A DNA stretch of 64,000 nt from Pelagomonas calceolata (Eukaryota), in NCBI GenBank assembly GCA_918797485.1, contig CAKKNE010000004.1, positions 868,001 to 932,000 of the forward strand. Direction: 5' to 3'. Positions within the stretch are counted from its first letter, which is position 1. Every line of letters starts with the position of its first letter. This document shows, in pieces, positions 1-9,910 of this stretch. Below the pieces are notes generated by a model, which did no database searches, was not told where the DNA came from, and saw nothing but the letters and a program-made list of their open reading frames with translations. A program made the translations under genes and the position numbers.

Positions 1-1
1 A

Positions 2-808
2 GGGCCCCAGACCTTCGCGCTCTGGTCGTTAGCGGTAGCGGGAGACGAAGACGCAGGATACGCCACGGAGGACGATGAATTAGCGGCGCCGCGGTTGTTT
101 GCCCGCTCCGCGACCTGGTCGGCCGAGGACGCTGGTAATGAATGTCCGTGGCTCTGGGACGCGGGCGCGCAATTTTGTCAGGAGCGAGGCGTGTCCACGG
201 CGGACCTTGGGGTGCTCTGCGCCAAGGATGACGACGCCTGTTACGCGCCGGGCGACGCGTTCTTTGGGCGGGGCGGCTCACCGCCGACGCCGAAGTTACC
301 AGAAGCGTCGGAGCGGCGCATTGTGCTCAAGCCGGGGGCCGTCGGTTGTGAAGCTTGCGGGGCAAGAGCGCCCGAGCCGGCCGTGCTGGCGGCGGTGCTC
401 CACGGCTGCCTCGGGCAGTCGGCGTGTGCCAAATGTGGTGCATCTGGAGATGGAGTGAAACCGACGCTCGTCGTCCTCGACAGTGTGATCGGGCCCCAGG
501 TCGTGGCCTACCTCGCGCCGCGGGCGATACGCCTGGACGTGGACGCGCGCATCCGGCGCCACGGCGAGGCGTCGCTCGCGGCGGCGCGCGTGGTTGCGGA
601 CGCGCCGGACGTCTTTTATAGTGCCTTGTGGTGGTCCGCGCGGCTCCGCCTGCCGCCGCCGTTCCGGGGCCGCGGCGACCACGCGCTGCACCTGGCGCTC
701 CAGTCGTCGTCCGGCGACGTTGGGAAGGACGACCGGCTGGCGGGGGCGCGCGATGCGTTCGGGACGCTGCCGCGGTCGGGGCTGGAGGTGTGGCTGCCGG
801 CGTTTTAG
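2..808 (+). CDS. 3' part of a hypothetical protein with CxxC pairs (runs off the window's left edge)
   Basis: Frame of ORF 95..808 is open back to position 2; CEACG and CAKCG motifs; no recognised family. Confidence 0.5.
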   Translation, partial: GPQTFALWSLAVAGDEDAGYATEDDELAAPRLFARSATWSAEDAGNECPWLWDAGAQFCQERGVSTADLGVLCAKDDDACYAPGDAFFGRGGSPPTPKLPEASERRIVLKPGAVGCEACGARAPEPAVLAAVLHGCLGQSACAKCGASGDGVKPTLVVLDSVIGPQVVAYLAPRAIRLDVDARIRRHGEASLAAARVVADAPDVFYSALWWSARLRLPPPFRGRGDHALHLALQSSSGDVGKDDRLAGARDAFGTLPRSGLEVWLPAF

Positions 809-885
809 TTGTTGTTGTGTAAGATTACTGTCTCTGATGGACGCCTAGCGCGGCGACGAGGCGGCGGCGTCTCGTGGGCGCCGAC

Positions 886-1704
886 TTAAGGATCCTGGTC
901 CCCGGCGTCGGCGCCCTCGCCCGAGAGCGCCGCCTGCATAAGCTCGGCGAAGGCCTCGGGGTCGCGCGCCTTCAGCTCCGACAGCTCCTCAATGGCAGCG
1001 TTGGCTTCCTGCGGGTCCATGCCCAGGTGGCCCGCGATGGCCGACGCGGCGGCGAACGGCGTCGCCGCGGCCGCGAGCTGCGGCTCGGGCGGTGCAAGTT
1101 CGCCTGGTACTGCTTGCCCGAGCAGTTCGCGCAGCGCGAAGCGGGCTCGCGCCTGTCGTAGACCGCCCTCAATATTACGGGTGGACGGGTGCGCTCCGCC
1201 GAACACGCGCCGCGCGGTCCGTGCCGTCTCCTCGAGTATCGTCAAGGCCTCGCGGAGATCGTCGAGCGTGGCGGCGGGGTCTGCGCAGAAGGCCATTGCG
1301 TAGTTTGTCCTCATCCCGAGCGTCATCTCATGACTCTCGCCGAGAACACGTCGCGCCACGGGCAGCGTTTTGCGATACAATGCCTTGGCTTCTTCGGAGC
1401 GCTGAAGTTGAATAAGGGACCCCATGTAGTTGATTGCTGCTCGGAGGGTGCTAAAATCTTCCTCGCCGTTCGTGTCGTCGGCGCACGCCTCGACCGCGAC
1501 CGCGACGGCCTCCTTGTATTTTTTGTCGGCGTGATATTGCTCCGCGTTGCCGCCGCGGTGTATTTTCTTACACATTTGCTTGTGGCCGCGGCGCCAGTGG
1601 TCATGTTGGCAAGTTTTGTTGCAGTATCTGGTATGGCATCTAACGCATCGCGGCGCGTCGTGGGCCAGTGGGGCGGCGCAGGCGGCGCAGGTTGTGAGGA
1701 TCAT
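886..1704 (-). CDS. MYND-type zinc finger protein with TPR/kinesin-light-chain-like repeats
   Basis: CAAC..RCVRCHTRYCNKTCQHDHWRRGHKQMC is a zf-MYND pattern; ARRVLGESHEMTL and ARRVFGGAHPST are TPR_12-like repeats. Confidence 0.8.
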   Translation of the reverse strand: MILTTCAACAAPLAHDAPRCVRCHTRYCNKTCQHDHWRRGHKQMCKKIHRGGNAEQYHADKKYKEAVAVAVEACADDTNGEEDFSTLRAAINYMGSLIQLQRSEEAKALYRKTLPVARRVLGESHEMTLGMRTNYAMAFCADPAATLDDLREALTILEETARTARRVFGGAHPSTRNIEGGLRQARARFALRELLGQAVPGELAPPEPQLAAAATPFAAASAIAGHLGMDPQEANAAIEELSELKARDPEAFAELMQAALSGEGADAGDQDP

Positions 1705-1869
1705 TTTTGCGTCGGCGGGGCGTCGAGAGGGTCGCGGGCGTCGATGTGAATGCGGTGAGGCTGGCTAGTATCCTTAGAGGCTAGCTCAAGAAAAGTTAAT
1801 CAACAGCGCAGCCAGCCAGTCCTACGAGTCGACGTAGCCGAGGTAGGCGTACGAATGCCCGCGATATAA

Positions 1870-2002
1870 CACACGTGTGCCTGGCGCACGCACGCTGCAT
1901 TTGTCGCATCGCTGCGAGAACCACAGCTCCAAGCCAGCTCCAAGCCACACACGTGCCTGGCGCACCACTGCATTGTCGCACGAGAACCACAGCTCCAAAA
2001 CC
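1870..2002. repeat. Imperfect two-copy direct repeat (about 60-70 bp) in a divergent promoter region
   Basis: cacacgt(gt)gcctggcgcac...ctgcatt(t)gtcgca...cgagaaccacagctccaa occurs at about 1870-1935 and 1947-2002. Confidence 0.8.
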
Positions 2003-2003
2003 A

Positions 2004-3287
2004 ATGCCTGCCACGAGCAAAGCCGTGGCCGTCGCGGCCGGCGCGGCCGCAGCGCTCGCCTACTACTTACGACGCAGACGTCGTGCGGCCCGTATGAAAC
2101 TCCTCGCCACGCACACCAAGATCGCCCTGCTGGCGAGCGAGCGCGGCGCGGTCGTCGCGATGAGCCCGGCGACGTCCACGGTCACGTTCTTCAAAGGATC
2201 ACCGAGAAGGGTGGCCAACAAGCTCCGAAACAAGGTCGCGGCAATTGTGGAAGCGAACCCCTGGCTCGCGGCGCGGTTAGATGATGATGAGAATGGGGAA
2301 CTGGCACTATTCGTGCCGCCTGAACTGCCGGAGCTCTTCGCCGAGCGCCGTGACATTGCCGTGGAGCGCACGCCGTATGCATCATTGGTGGCGGCCCTCG
2401 CACCCGTCCTCTGCGGGACAAGTGTCGAATGTAGAGGGACGGCGAAGCCGCTCTTCCAGGTGTCTCTAGTAAGTTGCGCGAACGACACGTACGCGCTGGT
2501 CGTGTCGGCGAACCATTCTTTGGTAGACGGCCACGGCTACTACCGCATCTACAACATGTTGAGTGAAGGTTCAAAGGTGGAGAGCCTGGACCCGGCGCGC
2601 AAGTTTGATGTACCATCAAGAATGGTCGCGGCGATGCATGACGAACATTCATTACTACAGCGGGCCCCGCCGGGTTTTCTGTTGCGTTTCATCACGGCGC
2701 AGATCAAAAACGCCGTCGCGCCGTCCACGCACGCCCACGCCTTTTATATCAACGAAGCTTGGGTCGCCGCACGGAAAGCCACGGCGGACGGCGTCGCCTT
2801 CCTGTCGACGAACGACTGCGTCACGTCGGAGTTCTGCTCTTTGCTGAACTGCGACGTCGCGCTCATGGCCGTGAATTTCCGCGGCAAAATTGATGGATGC
2901 GGCGACGACGACGTGGGCAACTACGAGGATTTGATCGCGTTCACGCCGCGCGACTACGCGTCGCCATCTCTCATAAGGCGCTCCGTTTCTGGACCACAAT
3001 ACTTCCGCGCGACCGGCGCGCCGCTGCCCACGAACCGCGAGCACCTCGCGGCAAGCTACGGCGCGGTGACGAACTGGGCGACGTTCGCGGAGCCCCTCGA
3101 GCTGGACGGCGTGCAACAACTACACCTGCCTTTACTAGACTGGAACGCGTCGACGCCGCCCTCGGTCTTCGGGGCGATGGTCGTCTTCCGGCCGCGCGCG
3201 GGGCGTTTGGCCGCCTTTGTTGGGGGTGGTTCTACTTTCGTCGAGCGTGTGAAGGCGTCCGGCATGGTCGGGGAGGCCGTTTTGTAA
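2004..3287 (+). CDS. CoA-dependent acyltransferase (HxxxD; BAHD/condensation-fold-like) with N-terminal membrane anchor
   Basis: HSLVDG motif after LVVSAN; NPWLAARL N-terminal motif; AVAVAAGAAAALAYYL followed by RRRRR; first ATG at 2004. Confidence 0.75.
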   Translation: MPATSKAVAVAAGAAAALAYYLRRRRRAARMKLLATHTKIALLASERGAVVAMSPATSTVTFFKGSPRRVANKLRNKVAAIVEANPWLAARLDDDENGELALFVPPELPELFAERRDIAVERTPYASLVAALAPVLCGTSVECRGTAKPLFQVSLVSCANDTYALVVSANHSLVDGHGYYRIYNMLSEGSKVESLDPARKFDVPSRMVAAMHDEHSLLQRAPPGFLLRFITAQIKNAVAPSTHAHAFYINEAWVAARKATADGVAFLSTNDCVTSEFCSLLNCDVALMAVNFRGKIDGCGDDDVGNYEDLIAFTPRDYASPSLIRRSVSGPQYFRATGAPLPTNREHLAASYGAVTNWATFAEPLELDGVQQLHLPLLDWNASTPPSVFGAMVVFRPRAGRLAAFVGGGSTFVERVKASGMVGEAVL

Positions 3288-3378
3288 ATAGAATCTTGTC
3301 TGTATATTTCTGGCTGCCAGGCTGCCGGCGTTTTAGTTTTTGGTTGTGTAAGGACTGTGGTTACTCCTCCTCGGACTA

Positions 3379-6300
3379 CTACTCCTCTTCCTCCTCCTCC
3401 TCGGGCTCCGGCTGGAAGTCCTCGCCGTCGCCCTCGCGCGGCGGCGCCTCGTCGTCGTCGTCGTCTTCGTCGATGATCGGGCGGGACTGGCTCGCAGCCG
3501 CCCGCCGCGGCCGCCCGCCCGGCTTCGACGCTGGCTTGGCCGCGGGCTTGGCCTTGGGCTTGGCCTTGGGCTTGGCCGCGGGCTTCTTGCCCGCCGGATT
3601 CGCCGAGGGCTTCTTCGCCTTGCCCTTCGAGGCGGGCTTCGCCTTGGGCTTCGCCTTGGGCTTCGACGCGGGCTTGGCCGCGGGCTTGGCCTTGGCGTTG
3701 AGGACGGGCTCTTCCTCGGGCTCCTCCTCGGGCTCCTCCGCATCCTCGCCGCGCTCCCGCGCGATGACGCGCTCGGCGCGCTCGCGGTGCCGCTTCACGT
3801 ACTTGTCCTCGAGCTCGCCGCCGGGCGGGTCGAGGGCGGGCAGCTCACCGCGCTCGTACAAGTCGAGGAGCGAGAGGACCGCTTCGTTCATCTCTATCGT
3901 GAGGTTCGCGTCGACGAGCTCCGCAACGCCTTCGGCGACCGTGCCGCGCCACTCGGCCAAGACCTTGCGGAAGCCGTCCGTCGAGAGCTCCAACGCGTGG
4001 TCGCGCGACATCGAGGTTGCCGCACGGAGCGCTGTACCCTCATTTACTCCTAACTCGTAGTACGACTTGTGCGTCTTGCGGTCGTGCATTCCGACCTCCA
4101 GCCAGCCGCGGATCGACGCCTCGAGCGTAACCCGGCGCGGGGGCGACTCGTCCGTCTCGTGCTCCGCGTCGAGGTCCAGACCCTCGATGCCCCCGGCGAG
4201 GGCGCGCTCGGCCGTGAGGTCGAGCAGCCTCTGCGTCACGTACTGGTTGAAGGCCGTGTTAATATCGCACTTGAACTGATGCCGCGTCCAATTAGCAAAG
4301 AGCACGTGCCGCTCCGCCGGCGGCAGCTCGAACTGCGAGCACACGACCTCGGCGTAGCAGCCGTTGTTGAACGTCGCCTTGCTGGCAGCGTCAAAAAAAC
4401 GCAAGTTGACGATGGGCTGGTTCGCCTCGAGGGTACTCCTGCGGATGCTCGTTTCCGTCACGTCTCCTTCGAACCTAACGTTAACAAAAGAGCTTCGGTA
4501 TACTGGCATCGAGATGACGTCGCACTGCCGGCCCGACGGGCGATGCAGAGCCGGCGCCCCCTCGCAGACGCCGAACGCCACGTTCTCCATCTGACCTTCG
4601 ACGTTGAGCTGGTACGGCCGCAACGCTTGCCGCACCACGAGGTCCGTAATCTGTCGCATGCAGTCCGGCGACGTCGGGTCGATAGCGAGGCAGTCCTTCC
4701 GGACAAGCGTCTTCCACGACCGCCAGCGGCCCTTGTCGTCAACTATCGAGAGCCTCCGAACCGAGCTAGTGAACTCCACGTGACCACCACCGCCGAACGC
4801 GTCGTACCAATCCCTAGCTAATGCGTGACGCAACTCCGCCGTCTCCCAAAACTCAGCGGCTCGTGTGTACGTCGCGTCCACGTCTTCACGAAGCAGCGCC
4901 TCGTCCTGAAGCCGCGCCACGCACTCGCCGATCGCCAACACGCGCGCGTTGACCGCAACCAACGAGTCCCCGCCCGCCGCCATGACGTCCACATCTAACG
5001 CCGCGTCGAGCAAGCAACCCGTAATGCACACCTCCGCCCGCCCGACCACGCCGCCCGCGTGTCTGATAAGAGCCGCCGCCCGCTGCGTAGCGTCCCTCAA
5101 CGCCACCGCGCGGCGACAAAAGTAAACCGCGCTGCCGACCGCCGCAGCGCCACCGACGACAGCGGGGCCGGAACCGCCGGCTAAAACAACGCGCTGCGTC
5201 GCGCGGAGAGCGGCGCGGCGACGGGCGGCGTCCAGAAGCCTCGTCGCGCCGACACCTATGCGCACGTCGTCGTGGGCCCCGGCGCCGCGCGCCTGTCCCA
5301 GCACGCCCGCGACACCGCGACCGAGAGCAGCGGCGCCGTACGCGACGCCGCCGAGCGCGCCTTGCGCCACACTCGCGACGCCGAGGCCGCGCCGCGCCGC
5401 GAACTGCGCGGCACGCACCGCGTGGCCCCGGGCCGCGGCCACGACCCGCCGAGCCGCCGGCCGCGCCGCGACGAGCGCGGCGCCGAAGGCCGGGTGCTGC
5501 CGCGCCGCCCGCCCCAGAGCGACGGCCGCGGCGCCCAGCACGAGGCCGCCGACGCCGACGAGCGCGAGCTGCTGCGCCGCGGCGGCGACCTGCGCCTGCG
5601 CCGCGGCCTGCGCCGCGGCCGCCGCGTTCGCCGCCGCCACGGCCGCCGCGGCCGCCTGCTGCGCGTTCGCCGCGGCCTGCGCCGCGGCGGCCGCCGCTTG
5701 CGCCTGGCCCGCCGCCGCGGCCTGCAGCGCCGCGTTTGCCGCGTTCGCCGCCGCCGCCGCCGCCGCGGCTGCAGGTTGTGCCGCGGCGCCCGGAGCAAGC
5801 GCCTGCGCCTGCGCCGCGGCGATCGCCGCCTGGGCCGCCGCCGCAGCCGCCGCCGCCGCGGCGTTCGCCGCCGCTGCTCCCAGCGCCGCGTTCGCCGCGT
5901 TCGCGGCGGCCGCGTTCGCCGCCGCGTACATCGCCGCGAGCGCCGCCGCCGCCTGAGCTGCCGCCGCCGCCGCCGCGGCGCCGCCGCCCGCGACGCCGAT
6001 GACCTGGCCGTTCTCTGTGTTGTAGAGGACGACGTGCTCCTGGGGCCCGGCGGCGGCCTCGGCGCCGTACAACGCCTTCTCAAACGCGCGGTGGTCGTCG
6101 TCGAAGACGTTCAGCTTCACGTTCGCCCGCGCCCTGAGGGGGCCGAACGACTCCTGGGCCTCGGCGAAGGCTCGGACTCGGACGGCGGCAACCTTGTTGG
6201 TGGTGACCTTCCGCGATGTCGCGTCCATGCGCCGCCGCGCCGCGACCAGGCCGCTCGACGGCACGACCAAGACGGCCTTATCGCGCGAGTAGGCGACGAG

Positions 6301-6795
6301 CTGCAGCGCGGCGCGGTCCCGCAGGACCTCCTCGGCCGCGGCGGCGTCCGCGACGCGGCCCTCGAGCTTCGCCTTCCAGTACTTCTTCAGCGGGATAATG
6401 AACTGGCCCCACCAGCCCTGCTCGCACGCGCAGCCGGTGAAGCGCAGGACGAGGCGGCCGAACTCGGGCACCTCGAGCATGCGAATGCAGGCCCGCTGTT
6501 CCGCCGGCGAGAGCCGGTCCCAGTGCTTCTCGAACGGCCGGCGCGCGGCGAAGGCAGCCGCGGCGGCCTCGTCCTCGCCCTCAATGCCGTCGTTCCGCGC
6601 CTCTTCGGGGAAGTTCACCCGGCTCTTCCCGTGGCGCACCCGCGCGTCGTCGACGGCGCGAGCGGCTGCCTCCTTGTCGTGGAACGTTTCGTTTAACACA
6701 CGTTTTTTGTTTACCACGAGCTGGGCGATCCACACCTGATCCCTTGAGGCCCACGACACGCCCGTGTAGCCGCTCTTGTTAGTAGCCATCCGCAT
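3379..6795 (-). CDS. AP2-domain protein with Ala-rich tract, unknown central domain, Lys/Pro/Ala-rich (H1-like) region and acidic tail
   Basis: SGYTGVSW..WIAQL..ETFHDKEAAARAVD..NF is an AP2 DNA-binding pattern; 1138-aa intronless ORF. Confidence 0.7.
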   Translation of the reverse strand: MRMATNKSGYTGVSWASRDQVWIAQLVVNKKRVLNETFHDKEAAARAVDDARVRHGKSRVNFPEEARNDGIEGEDEAAAAAFAARRPFEKHWDRLSPAEQRACIRMLEVPEFGRLVLRFTGCACEQGWWGQFIIPLKKYWKAKLEGRVADAAAAEEVLRDRAALQLVAYSRDKAVLVVPSSGLVAARRRMDATSRKVTTNKVAAVRVRAFAEAQESFGPLRARANVKLNVFDDDHRAFEKALYGAEAAAGPQEHVVLYNTENGQVIGVAGGGAAAAAAAAQAAAALAAMYAAANAAAANAANAALGAAAANAAAAAAAAAAQAAIAAAQAQALAPGAAAQPAAAAAAAAANAANAALQAAAAGQAQAAAAAAQAAANAQQAAAAAVAAANAAAAAQAAAQAQVAAAAQQLALVGVGGLVLGAAAVALGRAARQHPAFGAALVAARPAARRVVAAARGHAVRAAQFAARRGLGVASVAQGALGGVAYGAAALGRGVAGVLGQARGAGAHDDVRIGVGATRLLDAARRRAALRATQRVVLAGGSGPAVVGGAAAVGSAVYFCRRAVALRDATQRAAALIRHAGGVVGRAEVCITGCLLDAALDVDVMAAGGDSLVAVNARVLAIGECVARLQDEALLREDVDATYTRAAEFWETAELRHALARDWYDAFGGGGHVEFTSSVRRLSIVDDKGRWRSWKTLVRKDCLAIDPTSPDCMRQITDLVVRQALRPYQLNVEGQMENVAFGVCEGAPALHRPSGRQCDVISMPVYRSSFVNVRFEGDVTETSIRRSTLEANQPIVNLRFFDAASKATFNNGCYAEVVCSQFELPPAERHVLFANWTRHQFKCDINTAFNQYVTQRLLDLTAERALAGGIEGLDLDAEHETDESPPRRVTLEASIRGWLEVGMHDRKTHKSYYELGVNEGTALRAATSMSRDHALELSTDGFRKVLAEWRGTVAEGVAELVDANLTIEMNEAVLSLLDLYERGELPALDPPGGELEDKYVKRHRERAERVIARERGEDAEEPEEEPEEEPVLNAKAKPAAKPASKPKAKPKAKPASKGKAKKPSANPAGKKPAAKPKAKPKAKPAAKPASKPGGRPRRAAASQSRPIIDEDDDDDEAPPREGDGEDFQPEPEEEEEEE

Positions 6796-8176
6796 CGTCG
6801 CCGACGCCGGAGCTGTACGCTACGGTCCTTACGTTTCTTGCGTCAACGCTTCACGACGCTCGCCTACGGTTGCACACGGCCTCGTCCTCGACTCGTGTAG
6901 GCACGCCGCGTCGCTTCACGCTCTTGAGGGCTCTCTAAGCCTCTATGAGAAACTTTCAGCAGGGGCCAAATCAAGCAGTGATTGCAATTCCGGCGGTCCG
7001 TAATGCGAGAGTGGGTCCAACGCTTGCTTCCCGAGGGCTGAGTCTACGCAATACAATGAGCAACGCGTCAGCGATGCGCAATTGCTTTGTGAAACCCGTT
7101 TTTATATATATAGGGTGGCAAACCCTCACCTCATTTAGGTAATTAAACCGTCCTTTGGGTGATTAAATACTGCCTTTTATCCGTATGCACTTCAATAAAT
7201 CGTCGCAATTTGTTGTTCCCGCGCAGTCGACTGCAGCGCGTCGCGACCGCGAACTCGTACCAATACAAGTGATTGGACCTCCAGCACGTGTACGAGTCGT
7301 GGGCCCAGCGTGCGTTGCAGGACTGCTTCGCCTTGGCAAGGACCTGTACGAACATTAGTCTCCGAGCGGCTTCGAGGCGCGTCGAGCGGTTGATAGAGCG
7401 AGAAGGAGATGGATCGCGTAAGTTCGCCGAGTATTCGAGTACTGAGGCGACTAGTCTACATCTCCTGGGAATGGTCTTTTGGAATGTGAAGTCAGGAAAG
7501 CATGTAATCGGACGCTGCCGCGTAGGCCGCGGTTGTGCACGCCTGCGCGCGCTGCCCGGTCGATTCGCCGCGCGAAGCATCGCCTGCCTTCGCGTGTGTC
7601 CGCGCATTCTTGGACCCGCCTGCAGTTTGCATGCTTTGCACACAAGCCGCGAGCCGCTGCAGCGCCGGCTTCGCGGTGTGAAGTGAAAGGGTCCGCCCGC
7701 GCTGCCCAAATGCGGCGGCGGCGCGGGCGCGTGAAAACGGCGCGCTCGTCGTCAAGACGACGCGCCGCGCGTGCGCTGTGCGCCGTAAGCACGCTGCTGC
7801 TCAGACAGCAGCTCCTCGACGAATTTTGCGCGCGGGCGATGCTGCCGCGGCCGCGCGCCGCGTGCTGCGGCACGTAATCGAAGCGATGAGTGCGTCCCTC
7901 CATTTGGGCAGCGTCGTCGCGTCGCGGCCGTTGCGCGCAACGCCTGGAGCCGTTTCCCCAAACGGATAGGTAATCTATGGGTATACCGGATGAAAATTGA
8001 AATGCGTCCGCGGACGCGGCTTCGGCGTCCTGGGACTCTTAAGGATGGAAAAATTGCCAATGCACCACCGCGCGTCGCTCCGCTCCCCACTATCACTCAA
8101 CTTAACAGTACGTTACTACAGTAAGTCACACCAACGGAAGAGAGCGAGTCGCACGTACGCCGCCGGCCGAGGAGGC

Positions 8177-9628
8177 TCAGCCCAGGAGGCTGTTGGCGAA
8201 GTACGCGCCGACGCCTACAGCAGCCGCTCCGACGAGCAATTTCGACAACGCCAGCGCCGGCGGGCTGGTCGGTATGAACGACTCGAGGCGCCGGCGTTTC
8301 GCGGGCCGCTGCACAACGGCATCCGGAGCAGGCGCCGCGGGCGCGGGCGGCGCTGCGGGCGGCGCCGCTGGCGGGAGAGCGGGAAAGCGCGGCGGCGCGA
8401 GCGGCGGCGGCGGCGCTGCGGGCGCGGGTGCCGGTGCAGGCGCCGGCGGAGGTGGAGACGGGAGAGCGGCTGGCGGAGGCGGCGACGGTGGAGGCGTCGA
8501 CCGCGGCGGCGGCGGCGGCGCTGGTGGCGAAGGCGGCGGCACGACCGGCGGCGGCGGCGGCGGCACGTAGCCGAACGGATAATGTGGGGGGCTCGGGTTG
8601 AGCCGCCCTTCAGCGACGCCCGGCGCGTCGTCCGGCGCCAACGGCGCACCGAGAAACGGCGGCGCGGCGCCATACCGTTCGACGACCGCCTCCGGCAGCG
8701 GCCTCAGCGGCCTCGTCGTGCGCGTCCCGCGATCGTACACCGTCTGGTATCGGAACGTGAGGTAGGCCTGATGGAGCTTCTCCTCGTAGTCGGCGGGCAC
8801 GGCACCCAATCCAGGATCATCTTCAATCGCTTGGAGGATGGCCGCCACGTCGCCGTCGTGCTCGTCGACGAGCCGCAGCGCCGTCATGAGGCCGACGCCG
8901 TCCACGCTTTCCACGTAGTCGCAACCGGCGATGCAGCACGCGAGCTGCCACTTGTCGTAACTCCAACTGCTTAGATCCACCGGTGGCGACGCGCCTAGGG
9001 TCGCGTCGAGCAAGTCTCCCACTCTCTGCTCGTCCACCTCGCCCTCGGCCGTCAAATCAAACAGCACGACCGCGGGGGGCAGGAGGTACGCCAGGAAGTC
9101 GCCGTCCCGCGTGACGACCGCGTCGACCTCGCCGCTCCGCGCGAGAGCCGCCAGCTGCGCGTCGGCCTCGTAGGGCGCGACGAGGCAGTCGACGCTGGCG
9201 CCCCAGCGCGACTGCACCTCCTCGCGGAGCTGGAGCGCGAGCTCGTGCGTCACCGGAAGCGCTTCGGTGAGCTTCTTATTCATCGCGGCCAGGTCTCCCG
9301 CGGCACGCAGGTCATCCGCGGCTTGCCGCGCTTCCTCGCGCTGCGCGCGCCGCCTCGCGTCGGTCTCGGCCTTCGCCGGGACGGCCGCGCCATCGAACAC
9401 GAGGACCGGAGTCGCCCGGTGCTCGAGCAGCAATTTGACGCGGCTGCAGCAGGCCTCGATAATGTCGGCATCCGTCGGCACGCGCCCGGTTCCTTTCAGC
9501 ACTTTATACTTAGCCCAGTGCAGCCAACCGGAGACATCGACGCCGAGCCTCTTGTTGGCGTAGCTGTCGCAGATGCGCACGGGAGTTCTCAAGTGGCGGG
9601 TCGCGTCGTGCAAGCCTTCGATGCCCAT
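8177..9628 (-). CDS. EXO1: Exonuclease 1-like XPG/Rad2 family 5' nuclease with Pro-rich linker and hydrophobic C-terminus
   Basis: MGIEGL, GVDVSGWLH, VLVFDG, APYEADAQLA, TRDGD, GCDY..GVG (H3TH) and FRYQTVYD motifs. Confidence 0.85.
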   Translation of the reverse strand: MGIEGLHDATRHLRTPVRICDSYANKRLGVDVSGWLHWAKYKVLKGTGRVPTDADIIEACCSRVKLLLEHRATPVLVFDGAAVPAKAETDARRRAQREEARQAADDLRAAGDLAAMNKKLTEALPVTHELALQLREEVQSRWGASVDCLVAPYEADAQLAALARSGEVDAVVTRDGDFLAYLLPPAVVLFDLTAEGEVDEQRVGDLLDATLGASPPVDLSSWSYDKWQLACCIAGCDYVESVDGVGLMTALRLVDEHDGDVAAILQAIEDDPGLGAVPADYEEKLHQAYLTFRYQTVYDRGTRTTRPLRPLPEAVVERYGAAPPFLGAPLAPDDAPGVAEGRLNPSPPHYPFGYVPPPPPPVVPPPSPPAPPPPPRSTPPPSPPPPAALPSPPPPAPAPAPAPAAPPPPLAPPRFPALPPAAPPAAPPAPAAPAPDAVVQRPAKRRRLESFIPTSPPALALSKLLVGAAAVGVGAYFANSLLG

Positions 9629-9910
9629 CGCAGTCGCTTTTGTGCTGGAGTGCAGCTAGCGGCCTGTAAGGCACTAGCAATCAAACTCGCAAGCAGCGCC
9701 CGGCTTTGGCCACGGCCCGGCAGCCTTTCGCCCGTCCGCAGTTCTTCGGCGCGTGCTGCGGGAGACCCGTAGGCATCACAGCGGCCAGCGCCCGGCCGGG
9801 GTACTCCGGAGCGCTACTCAGGGGCTGCCCTTGCCTGGGCAGCCCCAGCGGCTCGCGCGGCCGCGCGCCACGCTACGCAACCGTAGGAGGCGGCCCCATC
9901 GCCAGCAATC

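Noticed and set aside
5560..5990. Type I antifreeze-like Ala-rich protein
   Set aside because: Lacks the 11-residue Thr periodicity and a signal peptide, and lies within an AP2-domain ORF
7095..7690. AT-richer stretch with tatatataTAGGGTGGCAAA (hAT-TIR-like) and ORFs 7273-7686 / 7143-7709
   Set aside because: No partner TIR seen, no ATG start and no recognisable transposase motifs
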